This document shows positions 52,101 to 64,000 of a stretch of DNA of 64,000 bases, one piece after another (the first letter of the stretch is position 1; every line of letters starts with the position of its first letter). Where the stretch lies: contig CM120640.1 in NCBI GenBank assembly GCA_051362555.1, forward strand, positions 53,422,788 through 53,486,787. Direction: 5' to 3'. The DNA comes from Lingula anatina (lineage: Eukaryota > Animalia > Brachiopoda). The position numbers and the translations under genes are program-made. The notes under the pieces were generated by a model. That model ran no database searches. It saw only the letters and a list, made by a program, of their open reading frames with translations, and was not told where the DNA came from.

Positions 52101-55100
52101 TTACAAAGCTGACCAAAAAAGTTGCCTGCCATGCCCACGTTTCTCAAATGCCCCTGGAATCGGTAACGTAAAGGAGAACTGCGTCTGCGACAAGGGTTAT
52201 CAAGGACCCAATGGAGGGCCCTGCTCAGGTAATAAGTCATAAACTGTTAAAAAAGTGGCAAAAAGTTCATTAAAAACTTTAAAATATAGCCTCGTATTAT
52301 TGAAAATTATATAACGTACATTATTTCATATTTTTATTTCATGTTTTTATATTATGTTTTGCGAATCAGCACTTTTAGATCATTGTTAATTAAGGCAAAA
52401 TAAAAAAGAAGAATAGTGTTAACTTACATTTTATTCTTGGCAGACATTAATGAATGCTTGTCGAATGACGGAAAAGGACCTTGCAGCGATGTTTGCACTA
52501 ATTTGGATGGTACTTATAAATGTGATTGCTCTATCCCGGGGTATAAAATAGACCCTACAGATCGTCATACTTGTTTGGGTAAGTAAGATCTACAAGATAT
52601 TCTGTAGTTTAGTTGACACGTGTATGAAATTTTTGGGCAAATTGAGAACTGGTATTTGTACAAATTATTTGTACTTTGTAGTTGGATCGTATCATAGCGG
52701 AAACTTGATCGAGACTGTGTTCTCACGGTAAATTTGAAATGTTTGCAGAAGATAAATGATTTTAAAGAAATTGTTAAAATGTGATGGTTTTGTTAAATGC
52801 GATTGTGCTTTATAAATTGACTTTAAATTACTTTTTTACGCACTTACAAAATATGCGAGATTCTTAGACTGCCATTTTCATGTATTTCAGCCTCAATAAC
52901 ATGCCGCAACTTAACGGAAGAAGAAGCCCCAGAGAACGGAGGCCTGGTTTGCCACTGGTACCGTGAGCAAAACTCCCAGCAGTGCACCACCAAGTGTAAC
53001 CCTGGTTTTGAGTTTCCATCCAGAACTAACGACTACGAGACTTGCGGCCCGTCTACCAATTTTACCTGGTCTTTTCAAAGCAAAGATCCAAACGAAACAC
53101 TGGCTGATTGCATAGGTGAGGAATATGTTCACAGCCCATAAGTCCCAAATAAATGGTCAAAAACTTGCATGAGAGCTGAGTAAATAAGTGAATAAACTTT
53201 TTCTGGATAGGTATACTTCAAACGACGAATTGACTGCCAAGCAGTTAATGAAAATATTTTACTGGTAATTAATTTAGACCTAAGACTTCGACCTATCTCT
53301 TAATGCCTGTTTTTTCTTTTTCAGAGGAATATTTTCCCGAATTTAGGTTTGAGGCTGACTCAGCTTACTTTGTCAAAGCCTGCAACGATTTAACACCTGA
53401 GCAACAAGAAGATACAAAGAAGAAATTCGCAGAGAGGCTTAATGAAAAGGGAGTCTGCAAAAAACGTTCATCTCAGATTTGCAGTTTCAAAGATATCGGC
53501 ATTATTTGTGGACGCACTACAGTTCGCAGACGCAAGAGGGGAATAGATGAGGTTTATCAATCAGTCGACTTTAAATTTAATGTTTCTTCTCTGAAACTTG
53601 GAGAAAAATCCACGGACTGTAACAGAATTTGTAGTTTCTTAAAAATTAGAAATGAATGTGACAAGTACTGCATCCCCGCCTATAAGCGTTTCTTGCAAGC
53701 CGCGGTTAGATACGCTCGACGACAGCTGGAGGTAATCTATGGATCGAGTGATCACCGAAGTATGGCCTTTAACGCTGCTCAGAGAGATTTTGAACCGGTA
53801 CAAGACGGATTTAAAGCGTCTGACGTCAGTTTTAACTGCCCTGAGTCTGGAATGAAAGCATCCGAGAATACCTGCAGTATGTAATTCTTTTGTTTGCAAT
53901 ACAAGTATTACTCATTGAAATATTTCTCAAGCGCAATTTTATTTATCTATTTTAAAAACTTATTGAATGCCATACCGTTATTCCAATTACCATGGTTATT
54001 CATTTTTTCCCCTAGAGCTTGTTTTTATCTAAATAATTTCATACATTATCTTCCCCTGCAACAACATTGTTTCTTATTTACACTGTGAAAGTGATTTTTG
54101 TACCTGCAATAAACCTCTTAAGTTATCTTATACTTACCGTAACGCTATCAAGTTACTAACTTAGAAATACCCCTTTAGATATTTTTTTAATCAATTAAAG
54201 TAGATCAAATTATTAAAATTAAATGTAACCATGATTTATTTCTAAACAGTCGCATGCCAAGCAGGGACTTACTATGACCAGGCAGAGAATGAATGTGTAC
54301 CTTGTCCCAGAGATATGTTCCAACCTTTGGCGAGGCAGACTGCTTGTGTGGCTTGTCCTGTAGGAACATATGCGCCTCAGCCCGGGGCTGCTGTGTGCCA
54401 AGGTACGCACGAGTATATAATTGATTTTGTTTTGTCACTTGCGAAATTTTTTGCAAGTTTATAACTCTGCTCGTTTGTGATTGTGTGTATGTGTGTGTGT
54501 GTGTGTGTGTGATAAAATTCTGTCCTGTCCGGCGCAAGAGGCCAGACTTTTAGAGATTTTTGCTTTCATTTTTTTGTAGATAACTAATAGGTCTAGGATG
54601 AACCCTATTGGTTTCATAAGGATCATGTTACCTGTCTATATGTAAAAAAATCCCTGAAGGTTTGAAAAATTAACATGGCAAATTCCACTGACAAATTTAA
54701 ACAATTGTGTTTTTAATAATGTTTATTTGCAAGAATATTAAAATGCTTCAAGAACCATTAGCTTCTTTCTGAGACAACACAGCTGGACTCAGAAATGCCA
54801 AAATTTCCGGCACTCTCATATTTCTTTGTTTTCACTCAAGAAGTACAACTACTGGTGGTTAATTAATATTTGATGGATCTTTTATATTATATAATTGACA
54901 AGTCTTTGCATTGTGAGTAATTTTATTTAAATCAGTTTATTGTCACGTGGATATATTATTGGATCAATCAAGTAACATCACAGTTGTGCAAGTTAATATC
55001 AAAATTTGAAAATGTGTAGCAAAGATAAATGATTGCAGACACACATCTTTAGCTTCAGGATTGTTTGAGTGTCTTTAAGTGTTCTTCATATAATGCCAAC

Positions 55101-55855
55101 TTATTATAAACTGCAGTCTTGAACTTTTTGATTCCCTTTCCTGTAACCCTCCTTTTTTTTTTTTTTTTTGAAGTATATTTTTTCTTTCTTGTATTTGTCT
55201 TGCAGTTTGCCCTAACAACAAATACGGGGACCGTTGTAAGGACGAATGCAACTGCGTAAACGGAAACTGCGATCCTCAGACGGGCAAATGCCACTGCACT
55301 AACGGATGGGAGGGAGATACATGTGAAATGGGTAAGTTCACGTGCGTTTTTTTAAATAACGCTTTGCATGACAGAAAATGGATTAATTTCATTTAAAGCA
55401 ACCAATCTGACAAGATGGCTAATAAATAAAGAAGTTGATTTTAATATTATTATTGACATTGGAATTGATTTAACTCATTTACATGTCTGTAAAATAATTT
55501 CCAATATAAAGTTGACGCATTGCTGAAAATTGACACTTTGTGGGGACTAAAATTGCAATCTGATTATTTTTCCTTTTTTTCCTATTGAAATGAAAAAATT
55601 GCAAAGTTCCAAAATTTTAGTTGTAGTTAAAGCAAACAAAACTTAGAAAAAACATCTGCAATATTTAAACCCAGGAGAAATATCATACAGCGTTGTCTTT
55701 CAGATATCCCTGGATGCCGAGATGGCGGGTGCTTTCGTAATGTCACGTGTACGGATGTACCAGCTCCAGGATCAGGTTTCCGGTGTGGACCTTGTCCTCC
55801 ACATTTTGTTGGAGACGGATCTGTTTGTCGTCCTATTGGGTTGTCAACCTTTTGA
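43529..55855 (+). CDS. Paralogue 5: signal, propeptide RHRR, Ser/Arg repeats, hydrophobic helix, TSP1-EGF-CCP5-GCC-CCP-GCC-cbEGF-atypical CCP-SEA-like(RRRKR)-GCC-EGF-EGF
   Basis: Exons 43529-43620 (MAFIRGAVLLSFILFFVFSNWTYC), 45995-46443, 47206-47338, 47832-48031, 48531-48707, 48910-49101, 49753-49926, 50146-50325, 50883-51056, 51318-51461, 51767-51943, 52085-52228, 52444-52578, 52891-53115, 53325-53876, 54250-54402, 55206-55331, 55704-55855 (TGA). Confidence 0.9.
43847..45830. mobile_element. ~2-kb non-autonomous DNA transposon in intron 1 of paralogue 5
   Basis: TIRs are CAGGGGCGTAAC and GTTACGCCCATG, flanked by an AATAA direct repeat. The subterminal direct repeat aaaattgtacgcacag occurs at both ends, and internal tandem units (aaaattgccttctcgtctcgctcggatcgcga-like) lie at ~44290-44570. 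Confidence 0.8.
46179..46349 (+). repeat. Coding 48-bp tandem repeat (16-aa RSRSxSLxSISSGxSS, ~3.5 copies)
   Basis: Units begin CGTTCTCGATCAGCC, AGTTCTCGATCGTCC, CGTTCTCGATCGTCG and CGTTCTCGTTCTTCC, all within exon 2 of paralogue 5. Confidence 0.9.
49201..49459. mobile_element. PIF/Harbinger (Tourist-like) palindromic MITE, copy 2
   Basis: Same family as 15416-15713; TAA target duplication; near-perfect fold-back. Confidence 0.88.
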
Positions 55856-56924
55856 TCGTATACTTAGAACTACGATCTGCCCATTCATCAAACTTTTGCA
55901 TTTGACTTGTGTTTGATCATTATTCCTTAGCACAGTAACCCACGTTTGCGCATATGCAAAAATAAATTGCTCTAAACTGCAAAATTGTGAAAATTAACAA
56001 ATTCCTTTGGTAATCACAAAATGCTTGATTGGAGATGATAAAGTTTCATTTGAGACGAATAGGTATCAATTTATCATATTCGAATTCAATTTCCGAATTT
56101 CCGAAAATGAGTTTAAACTTTAAGAATGTTAATGATTGGTTTGTAGACTTGAAAACATCTCATTTGTAGACTTGCAAATATCTGATAACAACATGAATTA
56201 TTTTGAAGTGCATTGTTTACGATCGATATTAGATAAAAGGCATTCACCTCATTGAGAATGTCTATAATTTCTTTGAATAATCCTTTGCTAAAATTTACTG
56301 CTAGAAACTCACCAGGAGCTGACTGCGTGATCAAGTTCTATAACGCATGCGCATACGATTTTTCTCTGTGCTGTATTCCACAGGTTTTATTCTGTTTTAT
56401 TCAGTGTGCAAATAAACTTTTCCTCTCTGATTCTTGACTTACTAATTTAAAATAGTGACTCCCAGTGAAGTATTCCATATGTTTTGAAGGAATTTATTGA
56501 ACAACGTAAATATTCAACGCAGGCTCTTTAAGTCATGTAAACATTGAGTGATACTGAAAAAGAATGTGGAAGGCAAGATGATTGTAAATCTATAGGAAAT
56601 GTGTTCATCACTTTAAATCAAAGTCCCGCCCAAATTTCTGCAGAGATAAAGACCTTGGAAAGTTGAAAGTTACAAAATCAAAAATCCTTTTCAGTGTTAA
56701 AGAGTGTGGTTGATAGAAAAATAAAAGAATGTTTTAGGCCGAGAATATTTGCTTTGGTGGAAGCTGCTGCAAAAAACCTATAATACAGGTTACTTTATCG
56801 TCTGCGGTACTTATCTATACCCAAACTGAAGAGAATTATAGAAATTTTTGATGAATTTGACAAAAGTGAATGCTAACCCCCTGATAAGATTTTTTCAAAA
56901 ATATCTTGAGGACAACTGCCGTGG

Positions 56925-57530
56925 GAAATAAAAAGAAAGAAAGAAAAAAAAAGAAGAGCAGAGAAAATAAATTTAAAAAAATGTAAGGAAAATGATAAGG
57001 AGAGAATAAATGACAAAAAAAAAATAGAAAAATAATTAAGAAAACAGAATAAAAAGGAAACAAATGTATATGAATATAAATAAAAAGAAAGCAAAACTAA
57101 AATGCAAATTAAAAAAAGAAAGAAAAAAGAATGAGTTAATAAATGAACCACCCGAAAAAAAATAAGAAATTAAGTGTCAAAAAGAATCAAAGAAAGAAGA
57201 TAGAAGAAAGAATGTAACAAAATAACCAATGGAAAAGATTTTAATAAAGGAAGATTTCTATTTGAAAAACAGAATGAAGACATTCCATCAAAAAAAAGAA
57301 GTTTTTTTACGTATTACTATTAAGAATTCATCTTTTAAAAAAGAAAAAAAAATGAATGAAGGCCTTTCATTAAGTAACTTCCTCAGAAAAAAATTATGCA
57401 TTAATATTTAAAAAATCATCTTTTAAAAAAGAAAACGAAAAAAGAAAAAAAATGAAGAAATTCAATAAAAAATCTCTCTAAGAAAAAAAAATTATCGTAT
57501 TAATATTAATAATTCATCTTTTAAAGATAA
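56925..57530. repeat. A-rich low-complexity region with short degenerate tandem units
   Basis: Poly-purine A-rich tract; the (a)tcatcttttaaa motif occurs three times at ~57325-57525. Confidence 0.75.
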
Positions 57531-58154
57531 AGTTTACATACTGCGCTGTGTAAACAGGATTTGAAGATATAGCAACATGTGGTCTTTCACGCAACCGGAT
57601 ACCCAGTATTAATTTAGTTCCCAAAGTTAAGTACTGCTTCATGTCCTGGTTGACTGTTTTGCTTCCTGGAACGAATATGAGATAAACGCGGTAAACTCTG
57701 AGTCAATTCAGTAGACAAGTCCGGTTATTTTAACGTCACAGATATCTAGTAGACGACTTAGGTCTACTCGCCGGTTTAGCTCGTACGATCACCTCAAGAT
57801 CTAAATATCACTGGTAAGTGCATACATATATCTGAAGTAGGGTTTCTTTGAAATTACTTGGAGCGTCAAGGAAGGTTAAATACTGAGTTGAGGGTTATAA
57901 CCATGTGTTAATTATGTTATCTATTGTGTTTATTTTACGTGCTTCTTTTTGTTAAATGATCAACATCACAACACAAGTTGAAGAGACGTTAAATGTTATG
58001 TCAGTGAAGTTTCCTTAGAGCAAAAAACTACGTTGGTGAATAAGGTATTCACTTCTATACTTGACAGAAATGTATTTACAAGTGATATTCAAATTATTTA
58101 ATTCAGAAAAAAAAAAGATTATTTAAAACTAACAGTCGAATAGAGGAAGGCGTA

Positions 58155-61001
58155 ATGCATCGATACATACCGGCAATTGTTATTGCTGTGTGCACACTAT
58201 GGATGTGCAGCTGCGTGACTGCGGAGGCCACGGACATTAAAGTTGCCAGAAGCGTGAGGTAAGTTTTTTTGTTTATACGAGTTAAGAGACACCTTTTGAT
58301 AAATATGTGAACTACCGTCTGCACATCTGTCACAATCATGCTACCATTTTACGAGAAACTTTGTGAGAATATTTGCTACCCTAATGCAATGACAACTCCT
58401 GAGCAAAGCTTGTTTTTTTTATGCAAATAGAAAATGAAAGGCAAAAAAGTAACTATTCGCTAGATTAAGCACCCAGGAATGAGCGTGCGCATACACAAAC
58501 ACACACGATATCAAGGGGGACGGTGGCTTTGCATCTCGGCACCCCTGGTCTTTCTAGTCTATATTCCCCTAAAAGAGAGAGACACAAGTCATCCACTGAG
58601 GTCGCAGAAACATGTAAACGTCAAAATGCTTCACATTTTCTTGACTTTGGGAACAGAAAAAATTGCGTCCAATCTGCTTGAAGAACGGTTTTTTTCAATT
58701 CAGAACCGGCTGCGGATTTGTTCAATTCAGAACCGGTGAGCTTCATCATAAAAAAATATGGGTTTCGGATAAAAGAAGGATAGAAATGCCTATTAATCAC
58801 GTAGTTCAACAGATTTACAATAGACACAAGCATACATGTACAAACGAAACGGGTGTAAATGGGAACACTTCATGGGCTTAGGGATTACATTAAAAACGTA
58901 TGTATCTGTAATCACCTATTTACGGATCCTCCATCTCAGATTACCATAAACATTCATAGTCCCTTTATACAAAGATTACAGGAAACTACAGGTATGAAAC
59001 TAAACCTTTGAAACACGCCATTCATCAAGTACATACTATTTGTGTCTACTCTGCCTATTAGGTTTGGATACCCTGATGTGGTCCTATTGAAATCGCCAAA
59101 GCACGAGGTGACCAAAGTAAGAAAAGAACGAGCAGCTGCTGCCATTGCTATGGGTGTCGCGGCAGGTGTACAGGCCATTGTTAGCATTGCAGGTAAAACT
59201 GAGAGAGAGAGGGAGAGAGAGGGAGAGGGAGAGAGAGAGAGAGAGAATAGTTTTTAGACTTGCAATACGGACCTCTTTTGCCATTTTGTAGAGTGGCCGG
59301 TGTGTTTCTAAATGGCTGTTTGACGCTTATAAGCACAAGTTGGAAGTTGTCTTTTTTTTTTTTTGGGGGGGGGGGGGGGTGATAAACCAAAAAGAAAGAA
59401 ATTTTATCAAAATTGGGTACTTGTTTTTAATGGAATTCAAAGCATTCTTGTGTCTCTTATTTATCAAACATGATGACGTTGGGTCATAGTAATTATTCAA
59501 TAAGACTGGTTCCTAGGAAATCTAAATAAATGTACATCTAAATAAGACGTTTCCAATTGGTTCATACTTCAGGTATGATTATGGGGAGGAAACAGGCTGA
59601 AGAAGCAGCAAAACGGTACGAGAAGTCTATGAAGTTTCAATTGGAACAGTTATGTGACGCTATCTGTGTCACGGAGTGGTCTGAGTGGAGCATGTGCACG
59701 GCAAGGTAAACATTTATAACTATCGTTGAATAAGAACGTAGTATATTTGTAGTATGAAGAGAGAGAAAGAGAGTTCAACTGTTAGTGCATGATTATGGTT
59801 GGCTAGATTTCATTTAATCTGTTACGAGTTTTACACTTAAGTCAGGAGTGAACAACATCACATTTTTACACATGTACCATACTGAGTATATTTAGTGAAT
59901 AGGGAACCAATACAGTCTCTTAGATATTTTTATCCTCTTCGATAGAATCTAGCACTTGAGTGTTTCCCTACAACTGGATGTCGCCTTACCTATATGTATG
60001 TAAACTTGCAAATATTAAAAATGAAATGCATATCCCTAATTCAGGTGCGGTGGCGGAAGAACAAAACGCACTAGGGAATATCAAAATGTGGGAAGATGTC
60101 GTGAACTTCAAAACTTTCAATGTCGACACTCTAAAGTACAGGATTATAGGTGTAACGAAAACTGTCCGAACGGCGGAACACCCAATAGTGGGTCGTGTGA
60201 GTGCCAGCCTGGGTGGAAGGGAAGTTGCTGCGAAACTGGTAGGTTTTTTGCACTTTATAATCTTCCCTGTTGTTGAAATTAAACGATCGTTGTAGATATT
60301 CTTTAACAATTTTGATCTTAAGCGTTTCTGAAGATATTGGATATGTACATTCATTTGAATCCACATATGCTTGCTTTCATGCACATCTCTCTCTTTCTCT
60401 CTCTCTGATGTAACAGTAATGATAGCACTTAATCATTTCACTAAATCACTTATTTATTTCAGAGGTGGTGTGCGATTACCCAACAAAAAATCCACGCAGT
60501 CATATTGCGGGCACTTGGCCTGCAAAGTATCGCAGTCTGGCCACTTTCACCTGTGACACTGGGTATCATCTAGCCGGCAGAGAGACCATTATCTGTGGAA
60601 GTGATGGGAAATGGAGCCACCCATCACCAAAGTGTGAACGTGCGTATTTATAAAGCAATGTTTCATAGCAAAAATTCCTAGTGCCTCCCAGGTGTACCAA
60701 ATGACGTGGGGTTGGGGTTCTGACAAACGGGCAACATTGCCTTCCACCTTTCACATCCACGATTTTAAATGTCGGACAGTAACATTGCTTGGCCTCGTGC
60801 TAATTTATGCTTTAGATGTAATTCCATACTGTACGTTTGTACTCTTGAATATTACTTTTTATGTCCTACATAATAGTATATGCATACATAAATAGAGGGA
60901 TAAAAATATCAACTGAAATAAATCAAGCTACCACAAGGATGTGGCAGTTGCTAATTTTATACTACATAATCATAAGGAGGGGCTTAGGCCCCCACTCTGA
61001 C

Positions 61002-61038
<37 letters not shown>

Positions 61039-63537
61039 TCATGCATGAAGGATTGGGTTTCGCCCTCGGCCCCCATGTTATTCACTTTATACGTTTAAAA
61101 TAATTTTGTAGAAATCCTTCTTCGTTTTCTTTAAAGGTGTTGTTGTATTTTCTTTAAACGACTACGTACATTTTGTAAATTTAGACTCTAAAAACATCTC
61201 TTTCTAATTTATAGGAATTGTCTGTACTATGCCACAAGCCAACGAACATGTTCAGATTCTGAACCCTCAGAAGGGTTACGCCTTTGGCGAGCAGCTGGTC
61301 TATAGATGTGATGAGGGGTATGAAATAAGAGGCCCTGAAACACGTGTTTGCCAACAGGATCAAGAAACTACTGGAAAATTTTCTGGATTTAATCCACTAT
61401 GCGAAGGTAAAACTTTATCCTTTTCAATACATTCCCTTCAACTAATTATTTGTTTATGGTATGAAACAATTGTATATCATATGGGCTCAAGGCGAAAACA
61501 TGTTAAGAAGTCAATCCAAAAAATGCGATCCTTTTTTTAGTAAGCTATATTCCGGTATAATCCTCAGTTATAATATGACTTTTTCATTTAATTCTATGCA
61601 TTATTCTGTGTTAACTTTATTTAACCGTTTGCATTTCTTCACTGTACTATAAAGCATGCTTCATATTCTGACTCTTAGATAAAACACTGTGCCAAAGTTG
61701 TAGTACTCGCGTAAATGCGACGGCCTTCGTTGTTTTGGGTCGCTTTTTTGTCTCCTGCTTTGTTACGTTTTTTTATGATTAGTGGATGCTACGATCAATT
61801 AGTTTTCCAATGAAATGTTAAATCAAGTAACCACCTTGTTTAATGCTTTAACACAACTGAGGTACTCATTATTTCCAAAAATTTAATCGATGTACATGTA
61901 TTTATTCTTATTCTTTTTATGTTTTATCTATGTATAATTGTCCCATATTATGTTCATAGCTGTCAGTTGTGGAGAACCAGGTACCCCACAACACGGAGAG
62001 AGAGAAGGGAACTCCTTTAAGTTTGGTGATGTTGTGACGTACAAATGTAATAAAGGATATAAACTAGAGGGACAAAAGAGTCGACGCTGCATGGCTACAA
62101 AAACGTGGACTGGTAATGACCCAACGTGTGTAGGTATGTAATAGTTCTTTGTTCATAATCTAGGCATGTTTAGGATCGTGAAAATGCAAAACATTGGACA
62201 ATGCAAACTTGTCAATGAAATTCTTTTATACACAGTATGTGTTTTAATAATTTATGTCTTCGCTAAATACAAATTGAAACCATCATGTAAATAAAATTCA
62301 AAGACTAATCAAAAGCATATCATATTTTTTCAGAAATCAAATGTGATGAACCCCGTGTTCCAAAACATGGTGAGGTTATAGGCAGAAGAGTAACTTTTGC
62401 GTCCAAGGTCAGCTTTCAGTGCGACGCTGGCTACAACCTTGTAGGGAATGCTACTCTTGAATGTCTAGAGAGCGGCGAATGGAGTGCTCCATCCCCCACA
62501 TGTGAAGGTGTGCTGAAAACGAGTCTTTAGTGCAAACTGATAATGATTATTATAATTTATTTCATAATTGCAACCCTAGGTGTTGAAGTTTCTCAATTAA
62601 CAACAAAAGTCATTAGAATTTATACTATCGCCTTTGGTTGCAGTGCTCTTTGGCCAAACCGACATTTTTGCCAAACCAAAATTCCAGAAACAGACGTATA
62701 TAAATAAATTTTATATCTGAGAAGCAGGTTGCTTTTAACAGTTTTCATGTAATATCATTTATCGTGGCTATCAAAAGGATGGACCTAAAAGCTGACTATT
62801 AAATTGGTTGTCTTTTTAAGTCACTTTTCTTTTCTTTCTTACTATCCAAAAAAAAATTGCAAATCAGAATAATGCAGGTCAAAACTATCAACCTGTTTTG
62901 GTGTTTTAATATACCAGTAAAAAATAATCTACATGACCTTTTTCAGCTGCCATATGTGGTAATCCTGGTTCACCAGTAAATGGAGCCAAAGACGGTACCG
63001 TGTATTATTTCCCACATAATGTGACATACAGCTGTTTCAACGGCTACATACTACGCGGCGCCTCCAAATTGACGTGCCAGGCAGATGGAGTTTGGAGTGG
63101 TTCCGCGCCTACCTGCGAGGGTAACCTACCATGTCTTTGAAGAAAATGACAAAAATTAAACGTTTTTTTTTACCTTATTTACATAAATAAATGAATTTGA
63201 CATCGATCAATACTGTTAAACAATAATTTGATTTCCTTCCACACGCAGAGCTCATACTTCAGTAAAATTTAAAGTTTCTTTGGAAATAAGGTGCCTCTCT
63301 TCCTTTTTCACTTTTTCTTCTTACTTCATTTCCTTATTCCTTTGCGCAGTTTTTCTCCGTTTCTTGACCAATTTTTGTTTCTTTCAGCCTGTCCACTAAA
63401 CACCTATATGGCTGCTAATTCCCCAATATGTGTTCCATGTGCTGAGAACACCCACACCGTCACGGTGGCCAGTACCAGTGCTGAGCAGTGTGTGTGTAAC
63501 AAAGGGTATACTGGTCCGCCAGGTGGACCCTGTCAGG
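58155..63537 (+). CDS. Paralogue 6 (3'-partial): signal, propeptide RKER, Ala/Gly-rich hydrophobic helix, TSP1-EGF-CCP5-GCC...
   Basis: Exons 58155-58258 (MHRYIPAIVIAVCTLWMCSCVTA), 59062-59192, 59573-59705, 60045-60238, CCPs 60463-60639, 61215-61406, 61960-62133, 62334-62507, 62947-63120, GCC 63388-63537. The gene presumably continues beyond the window. Confidence 0.9.
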
Positions 63538-64000
63538 GTAAGTAATATATGGGGGGTTGGGGGAGTGGTAGAAAGGTTTATAATCAATTGATTTCGCATA
63601 CATGTATGGTAACGTTAGTATGAATTCAAAAAAAAAGAAATTTTTGTAAAATATAACTTCTTTCTAAGAAGGGAAATATATCATGTAGCCCTATAAATAA
63701 TTTGGCTCCCTCCTTATGTATTTATTTCAGATTGTCTGTGGCATTATTTTGATTTTTATTGCCTTTCCTGTAGTTTTCCCTGCAACTGAAAATCGACTGT
63801 AAAGATTTTTAACGTAAACCTAATTCATTCATTCAAAATCCGTGTAATACATTTATCAAAAATTTGCTCTTTCAAGGTTTAAAGGGACACTGTTTGTTAG
63901 AAATCGAGAACTAAATCTAACTATGTCTTTTTTTATGAATATTCAGAGTCAAGTGTCTCTGGTGTTTGGAATTTCAGATTTCAATAAACTTAACATACAT

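Noticed and set aside
56836-57411. Phe-rich and Lys-rich ORFs
   Set aside because: These are translations of A-rich low-complexity intergenic sequence.

Overview
AT-rich, intron-containing animal genomic DNA. The microsatellites, abundant TACATGTA motifs and transposon types suggest a bivalve such as an oyster, but this is inference. Almost the whole window is a cluster of six paralogous multi-exon genes (orientation - - + - + +; the first and last run off the window). They encode secreted SVEP1-like mosaic proteins with a shared stalk: CCP/sushi x5-7, GCC2_GCC3 (Ephrin_rec_like), CCP, GCC, Ca-binding EGF, atypical CCP, SEA-like domain (polybasic site in 3 of the 4 copies seen), then optional GCC and EGFs. 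No transmembrane segment is seen after the head. The most unusual feature, obtained by manual splicing, is the highly variable N-terminal head. In five paralogues the leader and propeptide (four ending in an R-x-x-R furin-type site) precede a Gly/Ala-rich hydrophobic or amphipathic segment resembling a fusion or lytic peptide, then a charged helix, TSP1 and EGF. The sixth paralogue carries an unrelated ~170-aa three-repeat domain instead. Introns hold several mobile elements: two copies of a Harbinger-type MITE, two CAG-terminated non-autonomous DNA elements, an RTE LINE 3' fragment, a decayed DNA transposon, and a Penelope-like GIY-YIG fragment with a minimal hammerhead ribozyme motif. Exon coordinates were read by eye and may be off by a few bases.
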